From a virus, in IMG/VR virus record IMGVR_UViG_3300028831_000214, positions 1 through 50,669 of that record: a stretch of 50,669 bases of DNA; one strand, written 5' to 3'. Positions 1 through 9,315 of this stretch are shown one piece after another (positions within the stretch are counted from its first letter, which is position 1; every line of letters starts with the position of its first letter). A program made the position numbers and the translations under genes. Under the pieces are notes generated by a model. The model was given only the letters and a program-made list of their open reading frames with translations. It did not search any database and was not told the origin of the DNA.

Positions 1-134
1 CGCCAGGTAGGTCCCCGAGACTGCCTCGAGGGCCACGCCCAGTACGCCACTCGCGCCGACACCGATTGCCATTACTTGTCACCCTCCTCTCCCGGCTTGT
101 CGGCCAGCTCCTGCAGAGCGGCCACGTTCTTCTC
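1..134. repeat. terminal direct repeat copy 1 (identical to 50536-50669)
   Basis: Compared by eye: bases 1-134 match 50536-50669 exactly. Positions 1-72 duplicate the first 24 codons of the minus-strand major tail gene. This implies a circularly closed or terminally redundant genome with 50535 unique bp. Confidence 0.9.
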
Positions 135-380
135 CTGGGTCTCCTGCGCCGCCGCCTGACGGTCCTCAGCGTCCTGCTCGGCAGCCGTCTTGGAGCTCTT
201 CTCGAGCTTCCAGCCCTCCTGCAGACCGCTCGCACGCGGGACGCCGTTCATGGCCTCCCATGACGTGATCTCGGTCTCGTTGAAGTGACGCGTCTCTCCC
301 GGCTTGAAGATGCCCAGGAAAGGAACCACGAGCTCCGGTACATCCTTGACGTTCGGAGCAGTGACCTTGTAGTACTGCAT
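72..380 (-). CDS. hypothetical virion protein between the neck genes and the major tail gene
   Basis: 102-aa ORF. Its TAA stop overlaps the ATG of the major tail gene (TAATG at 70-74, equivalent to 50605-50609). Lys/Glu-rich C-terminus. Call rests on synteny. Confidence 0.6.
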   Translation of the reverse strand: MQYYKVTAPNVKDVPELVVPFLGIFKPGETRHFNETEITSWEAMNGVPRASGLQEGWKLEKSSKTAAEQDAEDRQAAAQETQEKNVAALQELADKPGEEGDK

Positions 381-381
381 G

Positions 382-846
382 TTACACCCCCAACTGCATC
401 TTCGTCTTGCCGGTGTGAGTCAGCCGGCTACCGAACATGAGCGTACCGTTCTTACGGGCGTACCCGTGATCGATCGTCCGGCAGTAGCCATGGATCAGCT
501 TGTCGTCACCTGTTAAGGTGAGCCGTGGATTATTGTCCAGATACGTTGCCGTAGCCTCCGCGATCGCTTCCATCTCCCGCTTGGTGGTTTCGACGTCCTG
601 AACGCGAGCGTAGTAGATGAGGATGTACGTCGTGAAGGCGTTCTCGACGCGGCCCTGAGGCCCCATCGCGCCCGCAATAGGACGCTCGACAGTGCCAGCC
701 TCGACACAGATCGTTGGGCTAACAGGAATTCTGTCCTGGTCACCGTAGAAGAGCATCGCGTCCGCACCATAGAGTGCCACCTTGTTGGCGACGAGGATAT
801 CGTAGATGCGATTGGCTACCTCTGACGGCATCTTGGCGTGTGTCAT
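382..846 (-). CDS. neck / tail-terminator-like structural protein (by position)
   Basis: 154-aa ORF, start overlaps the upstream gene stop. Size and position are typical. No motif recognised. Confidence 0.5.
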   Translation of the reverse strand: MTHAKMPSEVANRIYDILVANKVALYGADAMLFYGDQDRIPVSPTICVEAGTVERPIAGAMGPQGRVENAFTTYILIYYARVQDVETTKREMEAIAEATATYLDNNPRLTLTGDDKLIHGYCRTIDHGYARKNGTLMFGSRLTHTGKTKMQLGV

Positions 847-1553
847 CGGATCACCGTCTCGTTGACCTTAGACTCGATCCACTCGGCGAAGATGTTCTCG
901 ATAGCGTCGATGTCCTCATCCTGGAACACGGCCCACGGACGTGCAGGTACCGTAGCAGTGTCATGGTCACTAGTGCTGTGGGAAGGCTTCAGCCCGTTCT
1001 TCTGTCGGAAGATAGGATCGCTCAGCTTGCCCGCGAGCTTCTCGTTCTGTTCCTTAGTCCCGCCAGGGTTCAGCTTCTTGGCCTCGCGACGATACTTGTC
1101 CATCCAGTCACCGTCGTCACCACCCCCGCCAGACCCTTGGATGCCTGCCTGGTGGACCTTACCGTACCAGATCGACTGTGGCAGGTCACGGATCACTGCG
1201 GTCTTGGCGCCGATGGACCAGATGTTAGGCGATGAGCCACCCTCGGCCAGATTACCCGTCCAGACCAGGATTGGGTCTTCGCTACCGCCACGCCTCTTGA
1301 TGGTGTAGCGAGTCAGTGGTTCCCACGTACCGCGTCCGCCTGACATGAAGTTCTCCAGGATAGAGAACTGCATGACATCCTCGACGGCCCGCTTCAGTGG
1401 CTCGTGCATGTCGTTCAGCTCTTCGGCGAGCTTCTCGAGCTGCGAGGCCACGATGCCGAGAGAGGGCTTGAACTCGAACCGTTCGAGGTGACGGTCGAAG
1501 CGAATCTTGCCTACGGCTTCAGCAATCTGAGCACGAGACATTTGCCCAGCCAT
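843..1553 (-). CDS. virion morphogenesis / head-tail joining protein (Mu gpG-like, tentative)
   Basis: 236-aa ORF in the neck module. The N-terminal half resembles virion morphogenesis family proteins from memory. AGGAGG lies upstream of the ATG. Confidence 0.5.
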   Translation of the reverse strand: MAGQMSRAQIAEAVGKIRFDRHLERFEFKPSLGIVASQLEKLAEELNDMHEPLKRAVEDVMQFSILENFMSGGRGTWEPLTRYTIKRRGGSEDPILVWTGNLAEGGSSPNIWSIGAKTAVIRDLPQSIWYGKVHQAGIQGSGGGGDDGDWMDKYRREAKKLNPGGTKEQNEKLAGKLSDPIFRQKNGLKPSHSTSDHDTATVPARPWAVFQDEDIDAIENIFAEWIESKVNETVIR

Positions 1554-1562
1554 GTCTCCTCC

Positions 1563-2000
1563 TCAGTAAACTGAATCCATACGGAAATAGGGACCGGGAC
1601 ATCCGTCGGGACCGAGTGTGGTGTCGTCGGGCCACGAGGACGGAAGTCCGTCACCCGTTGACGTTGCTCCTGGGATGTCAATCTCACCGCTGACGGTGTC
1701 GTCGAGGAGGACCTGAGCCGTCTGACGTAGCATACGTGCGTAGGGGCTCAGACCTTCGTCTTCGGAGTACTGCCGGTCGATGATCGCTGCGACGTAGAAC
1801 TTGGCGATGATCGTCTTCGCCAGCTGTGGCGTTGTGGCCGAGCTGACCCAGGTCGAGGTCTCGACAGCTGCGGCAAGACGCCCGAGTACCTCTGACTGAA
1901 TCTGACCCAAAAGAGTCGAGTCGATCGTCGTCAGAGCAGGAAGCAGCTTCGTCCGCTCACCCCACGCCTGGGCTTCCAGGTTGGTGATCAGATCAGCCAT
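1563..2000 (-). CDS. head-tail adaptor-like protein (by position)
   Basis: 145-aa ORF, the first gene after the capsid-module hairpin. Confidence 0.45.
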   Translation of the reverse strand: MADLITNLEAQAWGERTKLLPALTTIDSTLLGQIQSEVLGRLAAAVETSTWVSSATTPQLAKTIIAKFYVAAIIDRQYSEDEGLSPYARMLRQTAQVLLDDTVSGEIDIPGATSTGDGLPSSWPDDTTLGPDGCPGPYFRMDSVY

Positions 2001-2020
2001 CTCCTGCTCCTTTCCAATAA

Positions 2021-2048
2021 GGGGGCCCCTGCCGCATCAGGGACCCCC
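2021..2048 (-). terminator. hairpin after the capsid module (attenuator/terminator)
   Basis: GGGGGCCCCTG (2021-2031) pairs with CAGGGACCCCC (2038-2048) with one mismatch and a 6-nt loop. On the minus strand it is followed by TTATTGG. Confidence 0.55.
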
Positions 2049-2069
2049 TCACGGCTCGTAGTCCCGCAA

Positions 2070-2372
2070 CTACGAGTTCGAAGGCGTCGCCGGCGTTGCC
2101 TTCGTGGGTGTGGCCTTCGTGGGCGCGGACTTCTTCGGAGCCGCGGGCGTCTCGTCGACGTTCCCCTCGTTCGGCTCCTCGTCGTCCTCGTCCTCGTCCG
2201 GGATCCAGTCCGGCCGGGTCTTGCTGATGGCACCGTTGCCGAACAGCGTCTTCATGGTGTCGACGTCGAGGCCGGTCACCTTCTGACCCGGCGCGAACGT
2301 GGTGAGCACGTTCTTGCCGTCCTTCTCTTCCCCGTGACGGATGTCCGTCACGGCGTACCATGTTGCCGCCAT
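2070..2372 (-). CDS. hypothetical protein (acidic DEDEDDEE stretch, Lys/Pro/Thr-rich tail)
   Basis: Start moved to ATG 2372, with AAGGAGA upstream. The upstream extension in the ORF track is Arg/Ser-rich shadow sequence. Confidence 0.6.
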   Translation of the reverse strand: MAATWYAVTDIRHGEEKDGKNVLTTFAPGQKVTGLDVDTMKTLFGNGAISKTRPDWIPDEDEDDEEPNEGNVDETPAAPKKSAPTKATPTKATPATPSNS

Positions 2373-2382
2373 GCTGGTCTCC

Positions 2383-3360
2383 TTAGGTGGACAGGACGTC
2401 CTTGTACAGGTAGCCCGCGACCACCTTGCCGGAACCGTCGAGTGCGGTGTGCTTGAGGTCGTACCGACGCGAGACGCGGACGAGGTCGCTCTTCCGCTTC
2501 TCCTCGCGCCAGCGGTCGACCGCCTGGACACCCGCACCCGGGTAGCGCCAGACGAACTCGTAGCCGTAGGCCGGCGTCTTCAGACCGGGACGCGGGGGCA
2601 CCCAGGCCATGATCACGTCGTCGCTCCAGACGTAGCCGAGGGTCTCGGCCGCGCCGTAGTTGACGGCGGTGTTGTAGCCGACGCCCGGGACGACCCAGTT
2701 GTCGATGCCGACCAGCGCCGCGAGCAGCTCGGGCGAGAAGATGGCCCGCTCCGAGTACTTGATGCGGTCGAGGATCGTCGCGTGGTCCTCCAGGACGGTC
2801 ATGACCTGGAAGGGGCACACGACGGTGTTGACCCGCAGGAACAGCTTCGCGTACACGGCCATGATGCCGGCCTTGAAGTTCGCGATCGGGGTCGACGCCG
2901 CGTTGTCCCACTGCTGCGTACCGGACAGCGTGGCGCTGTTACCGGTCGCATAGTTCGCCGCCGTGGTGGCGAGCGTGCGGATGGCCAGCTCGCGACCCAG
3001 GAGGATCTTACTGGTCACCAGCTCGGTGGCGTCGCGGTCGGGCGAGAGCGGGCTGTCCGCGTTCTCCCGCTCCTCGTCGGTCACCGGGATCTGGAGCGCG
3101 TGCTCCTTGGCGTAGTACGGCTGCGTCGAGACCTGCATGCCCGGGATCTCGTTCGCCTCGGTACCCGGCGCACGTTCGTCACCGCGCTCGGGCAGCCAGC
3201 CCTCGCGGCCGTAGACGTAGTAGATGTCCGACTGCTTGTTCACCGGTACGGCCGGGAACAGGGCCTCACCGACGAATCCCTGCTGCGGCCAGCCGATGCT
3301 GATCTGAGTCAGGATCTTGTCGATGTGGACGTTGCCGCCACCATTGGGGTTGTAAACCAC
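2383..3360 (-). CDS. major capsid protein (phage E-like fold family)
   Basis: 325 aa. Follows the decoration and protease genes. The N-terminus MVYNPNGGGNVHIDKILTQISIGW..FPAVPV is typical of E-type major capsid proteins (memory). Confidence 0.85.
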   Translation of the reverse strand: MVYNPNGGGNVHIDKILTQISIGWPQQGFVGEALFPAVPVNKQSDIYYVYGREGWLPERGDERAPGTEANEIPGMQVSTQPYYAKEHALQIPVTDEERENADSPLSPDRDATELVTSKILLGRELAIRTLATTAANYATGNSATLSGTQQWDNAASTPIANFKAGIMAVYAKLFLRVNTVVCPFQVMTVLEDHATILDRIKYSERAIFSPELLAALVGIDNWVVPGVGYNTAVNYGAAETLGYVWSDDVIMAWVPPRPGLKTPAYGYEFVWRYPGAGVQAVDRWREEKRKSDLVRVSRRYDLKHTALDGSGKVVAGYLYKDVLST

Positions 3361-3386
3361 TTGGTGCCTCCTTCCTCAGATAGTAG

Positions 3387-3797
3387 TTACGCCGTGCCCA
3401 TGGCGGTGCTGCGGCAGTACGGCAGGAGCAGGACGTCGATCCACTGACCCGCCGCCGTCGCCGCCTGGAGGGCGATGCCCTGGGCGAACTGTGTGGCGAC
3501 CGCGGTCTGCGCCCGACCGTTGGCCGACGGTGCGACGAAGTCCATCAGGGCGACCGCCGCGGCCGACTCGACCTTGGAGATGCCCATGATGCGCACGTCG
3601 ACCTGGACGTTGCCGGTCGCCGAGTCCGCCGCGTCGACGCGCTGCTGGCAGACGCCGATCGGCTTGTCGGTGACGGCGGTCACCTGGGTGACCTTGTTCT
3701 CATCGGCGGCGAACTTCATCCAACGGTAGATGTCCTGGAGAGCACCCGAGTTGGAGAGGTTGTAGCCCTTGTCGAGAATGTAGTTGGGACCACTCAT
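3387..3797 (-). CDS. DUF2190-type head decoration / capsid cement protein
   Basis: 136 aa, located between the protease/scaffold and capsid genes. The pattern PIGVCQ..G..V.V...GISKV matches DUF2190 from memory. Confidence 0.6.
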   Translation of the reverse strand: MSGPNYILDKGYNLSNSGALQDIYRWMKFAADENKVTQVTAVTDKPIGVCQQRVDAADSATGNVQVDVRIMGISKVESAAAVALMDFVAPSANGRAQTAVATQFAQGIALQAATAAGQWIDVLLLPYCRSTAMGTA

Positions 3798-3813
3798 GTT
3801 ACGTTACCTCCCC

Positions 3814-5064
3814 TCAGGCCTGGAACTGGTAGGACTCGGTCTGGTAGGCCGCGAACAGCTGCGGGTCTTCGTCGAAGACGCGCATCAGGCTGTCGGCCAC
3901 GGTGGCGTTCTTGTCGCCCTGCTCGGACAGCTGCTTGGTCAGCGACGTCGCGCGCTCCATCGCCGTGTCGTACGCGGACTTGCCGCCGACGTTGGTGGTG
4001 GAGGCACCGCCACGACCCACCTCGCCCAGCTGCACGGTACCCTTCGTGCCGAGCTTCTGGACCTCGGCGAGCATCGCGTGGATCGGGGCGTGCATGGATG
4101 CCGGCAGACCCGCCAGGACCTTGGTCGCCTCGTCGAGGATGGCCGGCGCGACGATCTTGTCGCCGGTCCGGTACTCGTTCAGCTTGACCTTGATCTCGTT
4201 CAGCTTGTTGGACTGCTCGAGCTCGGCGAGACGCTTGCGCGTGTCCTCGCGCTCCGCGAGCAGGATCGCCAGGGCCGGGTTCTTCTTGGCCAGCTCCGAC
4301 AGCTCGAAGCTGTCCGGGGTGACCATGTTGCCGTCCTTGTCGACCGCCGTCGCCGAGGTCGCGTCGAACGGCTGACCGTTGACGGTGCCCTGCGGGTTCG
4401 TGGTCGCCGCGGTGTCGGGCGCGTGGTTGGTGGCCGTACGGTCCGGGGCCTGGCCGGTCTTCGTGGAGGCCGCCTTGCGGTCCGCCGCGGCGCGCTCGAT
4501 GATCGAGTCGTCCTGGGAACCGTCTTCCGGGAGATTGTAGAGCTTCCGGAGTTCCTTGATATCCATACCCTTCCTTTCCTTCTGTTCGGCGAACGTGAGC
4601 TCGCTCAGGTTGACCGGAAGCAGGTCCTTCAGGAAGGGCCTGTTCGTGAGGCCGCCACCGAAGAGCACGTCCCGGTGGACGACGCCGTTCGAGTCCGTCC
4701 ACTCGTCCTGGAACTCCGGACTGAAGTAACGGTACGCCTTGTTCCTGATCCTCTGAACGGCGTCAGACGTCCAGTCGACCAGAAGCTGAAGGGTATCCCC
4801 CTCGACCTTGGCATCCTCGACCCATCCCGCTGCCTCGTGCCCCTTGGTGGGGTCGAGCTTGTGGTCGTAGTCGATGTCCAAGGCTATGCCACGAACCTTG
4901 TTCTTGACGCTGTCGGCGAAACGCTTGAGCCGGTCCGGCGTGAAGCTGATCTGCCCATACGACGGGTGCTTGTAGTTGCCCACCCTCATCGCAGTGACCC
5001 ACGACTTGTTACCGTCGGAGAACTGCATCCCCCGAAGATCTGCGTAGTACCCGAAGCGTGCCAT
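3814..5064 (-). CDS. Mu-like prophage protein I family capsid protease fused to a scaffold-like C-terminus
   Basis: 416 aa. LDIDYDHK...AAGWVED...VDWT...YRYFSPEF matches the Mu gpI protease family. The C-terminal half looks like coiled-coil. Confidence 0.8.
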   Translation of the reverse strand: MARFGYYADLRGMQFSDGNKSWVTAMRVGNYKHPSYGQISFTPDRLKRFADSVKNKVRGIALDIDYDHKLDPTKGHEAAGWVEDAKVEGDTLQLLVDWTSDAVQRIRNKAYRYFSPEFQDEWTDSNGVVHRDVLFGGGLTNRPFLKDLLPVNLSELTFAEQKERKGMDIKELRKLYNLPEDGSQDDSIIERAAADRKAASTKTGQAPDRTATNHAPDTAATTNPQGTVNGQPFDATSATAVDKDGNMVTPDSFELSELAKKNPALAILLAEREDTRKRLAELEQSNKLNEIKVKLNEYRTGDKIVAPAILDEATKVLAGLPASMHAPIHAMLAEVQKLGTKGTVQLGEVGRGGASTTNVGGKSAYDTAMERATSLTKQLSEQGDKNATVADSLMRVFDEDPQLFAAYQTESYQFQA

Positions 5065-5095
5065 TTCACCTCCCTGCCCTGACTCGGCTGATCTG

Positions 5096-5125
5096 ATTAT
5101 ATAGTGTACGAGCTAGCACACTCAA
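5096..5125 (-). promoter_or_regulatory. sigma70/HrdB-like promoter inside the late arm (TTGAGT-N18-TATAAT)
   Basis: Minus strand reads TTGAGT (5125-5120) gtgctagctcgtacacta TATAAT (5101-5096). Same geometry and CTATATAAT box as the 9286-9315 promoter. Confidence 0.55.
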
Positions 5126-5131
5126 CGGATG

Positions 5132-6664
5132 CTATTTCCCGCCGCTTCTGTCAACGCCACCATTAGGCCGAGGAGCACCAGGGCTAGGAGCACCCTGACG
5201 CGGAGGCCCGGTACGAGCCGGCTTCGGAGGCGCAGGAGTGTTGGCCTCAGTACCTGGAGCATTCGGGTCCTCTTCCTCCATGGGATCCTGCGGCGAGGGA
5301 ACCTCACGCCGCGTCTCGAAGTCGATCTCCGGGAGGTCGTTCTCTTCGCGAAGGTGGGCCTCGAGGACTTCGTCGGGGAGAATGAGACCAGCACCAACGT
5401 AGTTGCGAAGCGTGAAGGACTGGGTACGAGCATCCTCCCACTCTCCGATCCGTCGCACCATCAGCTTGGGCGCCTTGACGCGACTGAAGTTGATCTTGAT
5501 CAGGTCGTCGATCACGAAGCGGTTGGTGATGTCCGCCACCGTGTCGGCGATGTGACGCGTGCCCTTGTAGAAGGTCTCCAGGGACTCCTTCTTGGTGTTG
5601 CTGTCCGTCAGGAAGGGTGCCAGCACGTTGACCATGATCATCTCGTTGTGGTGCTGGATCGACGGCAGGCAGTCGACCGGCTGACCTTCGAGCTTGGCGA
5701 AGTAGATCTCCCACATCGGCGGCAGCGTGATGTGTGCCCGCTCGTTGGTCCGCAGGTTGCGGCCGATGCTCTCGGCGAGCGTCTTGTCACGCGGGCCCCA
5801 TCCGGGCGGCATCTTGATCACCGGAACACCAATGCCGTGGCGCTCCTTCTGGATAGCGTCGATCTTGTACAGCGTGTCCTTGTACTTGTAGTGCTTGTAC
5901 GCGGAACGCAGGATCGAGATACCCTGCAGATCGCCGGCCTCCGCCTCGAGACTGTAGATGGCCAGCTTGTCGATCGGGATCCGAGGACCGCGAATGTCGA
6001 CGGAGGCCTGCGTGTAGTCACCAGTCGCCGAAGTGTCCAGCGTCATCGGCTCCATGATGATGGCCGAAGGACCGCCATTGAAGTCGTACTCGAACTTCTG
6101 CACGTCTGCCGGGTGTCGAGGAGCCAACTTGCGAAGCGAGACCTTGCCGTCGGAGTCGAGCTGGTAGACCTTCTCCATTGGCATCCAGCCGTACTCGCAC
6201 ATCAGCAGGATGTCTTCGAGCGTGCGACCCCACGTGGTCGACATGCGGTTCTTGAAGTTGTCCTCGACCCACTCGGCGGCGTTCTTGTCAGCCGTCTTGT
6301 CGGATGCAGGCTTCATGAACCAGTGAGCGGAGAGTACTGGCGTCTTGAAGACGCGAAGCGAACCACGAATGATGCCGTCGAGACGCTTCATGCGGTAGTA
6401 CTCCGTGATGCCCATCTTGTCACGGAGCTTCGGATTCCACTCCTCACGAGTCCACGAGGTCCACGGCGAGGGGCTCGAGTAGCCGAGCTCAGGACCAGCA
6501 GCCACAACCTCGATGAACTGGCGAGGCGCATCAGGCGACCGCTCAGTCATGATGACTGCATCCTCGGTCACATCGACGACGGCGAGCTCACGGAGGTACT
6601 CCTCCAGCCCACGAGAGCCAGGATCTTCTCCTGCCACCTCGAATAGCTCCAGCTGGTCACTCAT
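5132..6664 (-). CDS. portal protein (Mu gp29 / DUF935-like)
   Basis: 510 aa, immediately downstream of terL with ATGA-type coupling. Size and position fit, next to the Mu-like head module. Confidence 0.8.
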   Translation of the reverse strand: MSDQLELFEVAGEDPGSRGLEEYLRELAVVDVTEDAVIMTERSPDAPRQFIEVVAAGPELGYSSPSPWTSWTREEWNPKLRDKMGITEYYRMKRLDGIIRGSLRVFKTPVLSAHWFMKPASDKTADKNAAEWVEDNFKNRMSTTWGRTLEDILLMCEYGWMPMEKVYQLDSDGKVSLRKLAPRHPADVQKFEYDFNGGPSAIIMEPMTLDTSATGDYTQASVDIRGPRIPIDKLAIYSLEAEAGDLQGISILRSAYKHYKYKDTLYKIDAIQKERHGIGVPVIKMPPGWGPRDKTLAESIGRNLRTNERAHITLPPMWEIYFAKLEGQPVDCLPSIQHHNEMIMVNVLAPFLTDSNTKKESLETFYKGTRHIADTVADITNRFVIDDLIKINFSRVKAPKLMVRRIGEWEDARTQSFTLRNYVGAGLILPDEVLEAHLREENDLPEIDFETRREVPSPQDPMEEEDPNAPGTEANTPAPPKPARTGPPRQGAPSPGAPRPNGGVDRSGGK

Positions 6665-8109
6665 CAGAACTCCAAACTGTCCCAGTCGAAGAAGCCGCCC
6701 TCACCGGTTGGCGCCAGAACATCGTGGTCATCACTGACCCCAAGACCCGTATATAGATCAGTCAGCCGGCTGTTGCAACCGAGCTTGACGATGTGCATCA
6801 AACCGTATCGCAGAGCATCGAGTGCGTGGTCGGCGTGCTTCTTGGCTGCCTCACGAACGTTCTGCTCCGGACGCGTGTCTGGTGCACGGTAGTTGTTGAA
6901 TTCGAAGATCAGATTCCTGCAGCTGTGATCTACGAACAGCTTCGGCTTCTGTTTCGGCGTTCCGTACTCATCGACGACCAGCAGGTTACCTGCGGGTGTG
7001 TACTGGTCGTACAGCTTCAGGAAGCTCTTGACAAGGTCGATACCCTCGCGCCAGTTCTTCTTCGCCTCAGGCTCTGCAAACGCTGGAACCAGGTTCTGCG
7101 AGATCGTAACAGCTGCTTCTGGGTCTGCGGCGTCACCAAAAGCCAAGTCCAGGTGATACCCATCCGGCTGCGGAAGGTTACGAATGAAGGCAATGTGCTC
7201 CGCCAGCTGCATGTACGGCTTGTAGTGCTCCCGCCAGACGTAAACGTTGTCCTGCGGGTCCATCTGAAAGAACACCCACGCCCAAGGGTTGGTGAATCCA
7301 GGGTCATAACCCACGTATGACGGCCAGTCAGGATTGAACTTGACATCCGTGACATGAACGTTCTCCTGCCATTCACCATAGATCTTGCCTACGAAGGCGG
7401 AGAAGTCGGCTCCGTACTCCTGAAGGAACCACTCGTGAGCAGTCGTTCGCTCAATGCCAAGGATCTCCGGATCTTGACGGCCAAGAGGGTATACGTAAGG
7501 ATTCTCCCACGACGGGAACTGCCAGGAATCGTATTCAGGCTCGTTCGGATCACGGCCCACTTGCCAAAGAGCATGAAGCCAGTTGAAGCCCTCAGGAGTC
7601 GTAGGGAATGAGGCATTGCCCCGCTTGTCAGCAAGAGCAGGACGAATGAATCGCTCCCAGGTATCCTTCTTATGCTTCGCGGCCTCCGACATGATGGCAA
7701 AGTCGAGCTTCTCACCAACCAGGTTCTCAGGGTGATCTGCAGAGCGACATTCGACGCGCGTCCGCCAAGGAAACTCAATGTACATGTCTCCGGAGCGCTT
7801 GTTGTACGCCTTCTTGACTTTCTTGTTGCGTCCGAACTCGAGCTGGATGATGAAGAGGTCCCAGAGGACGCGGAACTCCTTCTCCGCCAGGTCGTAGGTT
7901 GGGCCCACGATCCAACCCCGACGCTGCGGCATCATCAAGCCAGGCGCCTCGTCCATAGCGGACATGCGCGACTTGCCGAACCGTCGGCCGCAGACAGGCA
8001 CGCGGAAGCGGGCCTCCGAGTTGTGGAACAGCCACTGCTTCGGGTGTGGCTCGTATCCCACCTTGTCGAAGAACCTGTGCTTATCTACGACCTTTGCCAC
8101 TAGACACAC
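6664..8109 (-). CDS. terL: terminase large subunit
   Basis: 481 aa. Walker A-like VCGRRFGKS near the N-terminus and a C-terminal nuclease-type region. Position upstream of the portal. Confidence 0.9.
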   Translation of the reverse strand: MCLVAKVVDKHRFFDKVGYEPHPKQWLFHNSEARFRVPVCGRRFGKSRMSAMDEAPGLMMPQRRGWIVGPTYDLAEKEFRVLWDLFIIQLEFGRNKKVKKAYNKRSGDMYIEFPWRTRVECRSADHPENLVGEKLDFAIMSEAAKHKKDTWERFIRPALADKRGNASFPTTPEGFNWLHALWQVGRDPNEPEYDSWQFPSWENPYVYPLGRQDPEILGIERTTAHEWFLQEYGADFSAFVGKIYGEWQENVHVTDVKFNPDWPSYVGYDPGFTNPWAWVFFQMDPQDNVYVWREHYKPYMQLAEHIAFIRNLPQPDGYHLDLAFGDAADPEAAVTISQNLVPAFAEPEAKKNWREGIDLVKSFLKLYDQYTPAGNLLVVDEYGTPKQKPKLFVDHSCRNLIFEFNNYRAPDTRPEQNVREAAKKHADHALDALRYGLMHIVKLGCNSRLTDLYTGLGVSDDHDVLAPTGEGGFFDWDSLEF

Positions 8110-8438
8110 CTCTCCGGGAATGGTGGCGGCGGGTTCGCCGTACGCTTCGCCTCAGCCGCCGCACGCGTTGCACGGTACTCGGCCAAAGCCGCTGCGCTCT
8201 GTTCCTTCGACGAAGCCGTCGAAATCCTTGCCACCATCTTGTCTACCGCTTCGTCTGTATCCTGAATCGCCTGGATACGCGGAGCGGTAGCCTGTGCGTT
8301 GGCCCGGATGTAGTTGCCGAGGCACTCCTTGGTACGCTTGTTGTCAACGTACAGGATGAGAAAGCCGATGCTTAGGACGAGGATCATGATCCACGACCCC
8401 TCGAGCACTCGACGCCACGGTGGGCTTAGCGTTCGCAC
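8100..8438 (-). CDS. small membrane protein (one TM plus an Ala-rich helical tail)
   Basis: ORF-track 112 aa. TM segment WIMILVLSIGFLILYV. The true start may be ATG 8387. It overlaps the terL start. Confidence 0.45.
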   Translation of the reverse strand: MRTLSPPWRRVLEGSWIMILVLSIGFLILYVDNKRTKECLGNYIRANAQATAPRIQAIQDTDEAVDKMVARISTASSKEQSAAALAEYRATRAAAEAKRTANPPPPFPERCV

Positions 8439-8550
8439 GCGTCACCTTCCTTCTGATCAGTTCGACGACGGTTCCGATTGCCCAACCACTCCCACCGATC
8501 ACCATGATCCAGTAGGCTGCTTGCTCGGCATAGCTAAGATTCTGTGGCAT
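8344..8550 (-). CDS. small membrane protein (one TM)
   Basis: 68-aa ORF with TM AAYWIMVIGGSGWAIGTVV. The 3' part overlaps the next ORF and looks like shadow sequence. Confidence 0.4.
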   Translation of the reverse strand: MPQNLSYAEQAAYWIMVIGGSGWAIGTVVELIRRKVTRANAKPTVASSARGVVDHDPRPKHRLSHPVR

Positions 8551-8740
8551 GTACCTCGTCCTTCGGTCTTGGCAGTGGCGGGAAGACGACCAGCCATGCC
8601 CCCGTTGGAATGCCTAGCAATACAGGATCTGGCAATGGGCCTTCGAGGAACAGGTACTTGTACAGCGCCGCTCCTACGACAATGCCCCAGACGGATAAAA
8701 TAATCGTCAGGAACCTGATCTTGAATTGATCGACAGTCAC
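8534..8740 (-). CDS. small membrane protein (two TM)
   Basis: GTG start at 8740 with AGGGAG upstream. 68 aa with two hydrophobic segments. Confidence 0.55.
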   Translation of the reverse strand: MTVDQFKIRFLTIILSVWGIVVGAALYKYLFLEGPLPDPVLLGIPTGAWLVVFPPLPRPKDEVHATES

Positions 8741-8756
8741 TGCGGCTCCCTACCGT

Positions 8757-8798
8757 GTTAAACAAACCCGCGAAGCCGCCCTCCCAAACGCCACACGC
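8757..8798 (-). promoter_or_regulatory. variant copy of the GCGTGTGGnGTT...GTT(T)AAC bipartite motif
   Basis: Minus strand reads GGGGCGTGTGGCGTTTGG...GTTTAACACGG. The spacing is 27 nt to GTTTAAC, against 25 nt to GTTAAAC at the other four sites. Confidence 0.4.
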
Positions 8799-8901
8799 CC
8801 CTGTACTGTCGTTCGCTTCCATCGCTTGGCGCGCGCTTCCATCTTTCGATGGCACGTTACCACTGGTTCAGTCGGCTGACTGTAGGCGGTCAGTGGACGT
8901 C

Positions 8902-9261
8902 TTACCCGTTGGCGTGCTTTTCTGCCTCCACGATGGTGTCCTCGAGCAGCTCGGCCCAAGGCTCCTTGCCCTGCGCACCGTTGCCGATCTCCTCAGCGCG
9001 GTTCAGGATCTCCGTCGCGGCGCGAAGGCGAACCGAGTCGTTCTCCGAGTGCTTCGCCAGCTTGATCAGGGACGCAGCGGCCATCGGAGCGTTCTCCTGC
9101 AGCATCCGACGTGCCTGAGCGATGGGGCTCTCGACCGTCCCACTGACTCGAGCTCCCATGGTTCGCTCCATCATGAGGCCCGCCAGCTCGCTATCCGTCA
9201 CGAACGCGCTGTCGTCCTTCATGAGCTTGCGTCGCTCATCGTCGCTTGGTTCCCAGCTCAT
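8902..9261 (-). CDS. terS: terminase small subunit (tentative)
   Basis: Start set at ATG 9261 (GGGAGGTG RBS). 119 aa, first gene of the late arm. The helical DSVRLRAATEILNRA segment is typical of small terminases (memory). Confidence 0.6.
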   Translation of the reverse strand: MSWEPSDDERRKLMKDDSAFVTDSELAGLMMERTMGARVSGTVESPIAQARRMLQENAPMAAASLIKLAKHSENDSVRLRAATEILNRAEEIGNGAQGKEPWAELLEDTIVEAEKHANG

Positions 9262-9285
9262 ATTCACCTCCCGGGCTATACGTGT

Positions 9286-9315
9286 ATTATATAGCACCCC
9301 GCACAAAGGACACAA
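9286..9315 (-). promoter_or_regulatory. sigma70/HrdB-like promoter of the virion arm (TTGTGT-N18-TATAAT)
   Basis: Minus strand reads TTGTGT (9315-9310) cctttgtgcggggtgcta TATAAT (9291-9286), about 25 nt upstream of the terS start. Confidence 0.55.

Noticed and set aside
2341-3447. 368-aa plus-strand ORF antisense to the major capsid gene
   Set aside because: The translation is Arg/Asp/Val/Gly-rich with no RBS. It lies opposite a well-supported capsid gene, so it is a typical high-GC shadow ORF.
3784-6646. Long plus-strand ORFs (3784-5082 and 5129-6646) antisense to the protease and portal genes
   Set aside because: Low-complexity Arg/Leu/Val/Gly translations opposite recognisable Mu-type protease and portal genes. 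Shadow ORFs.
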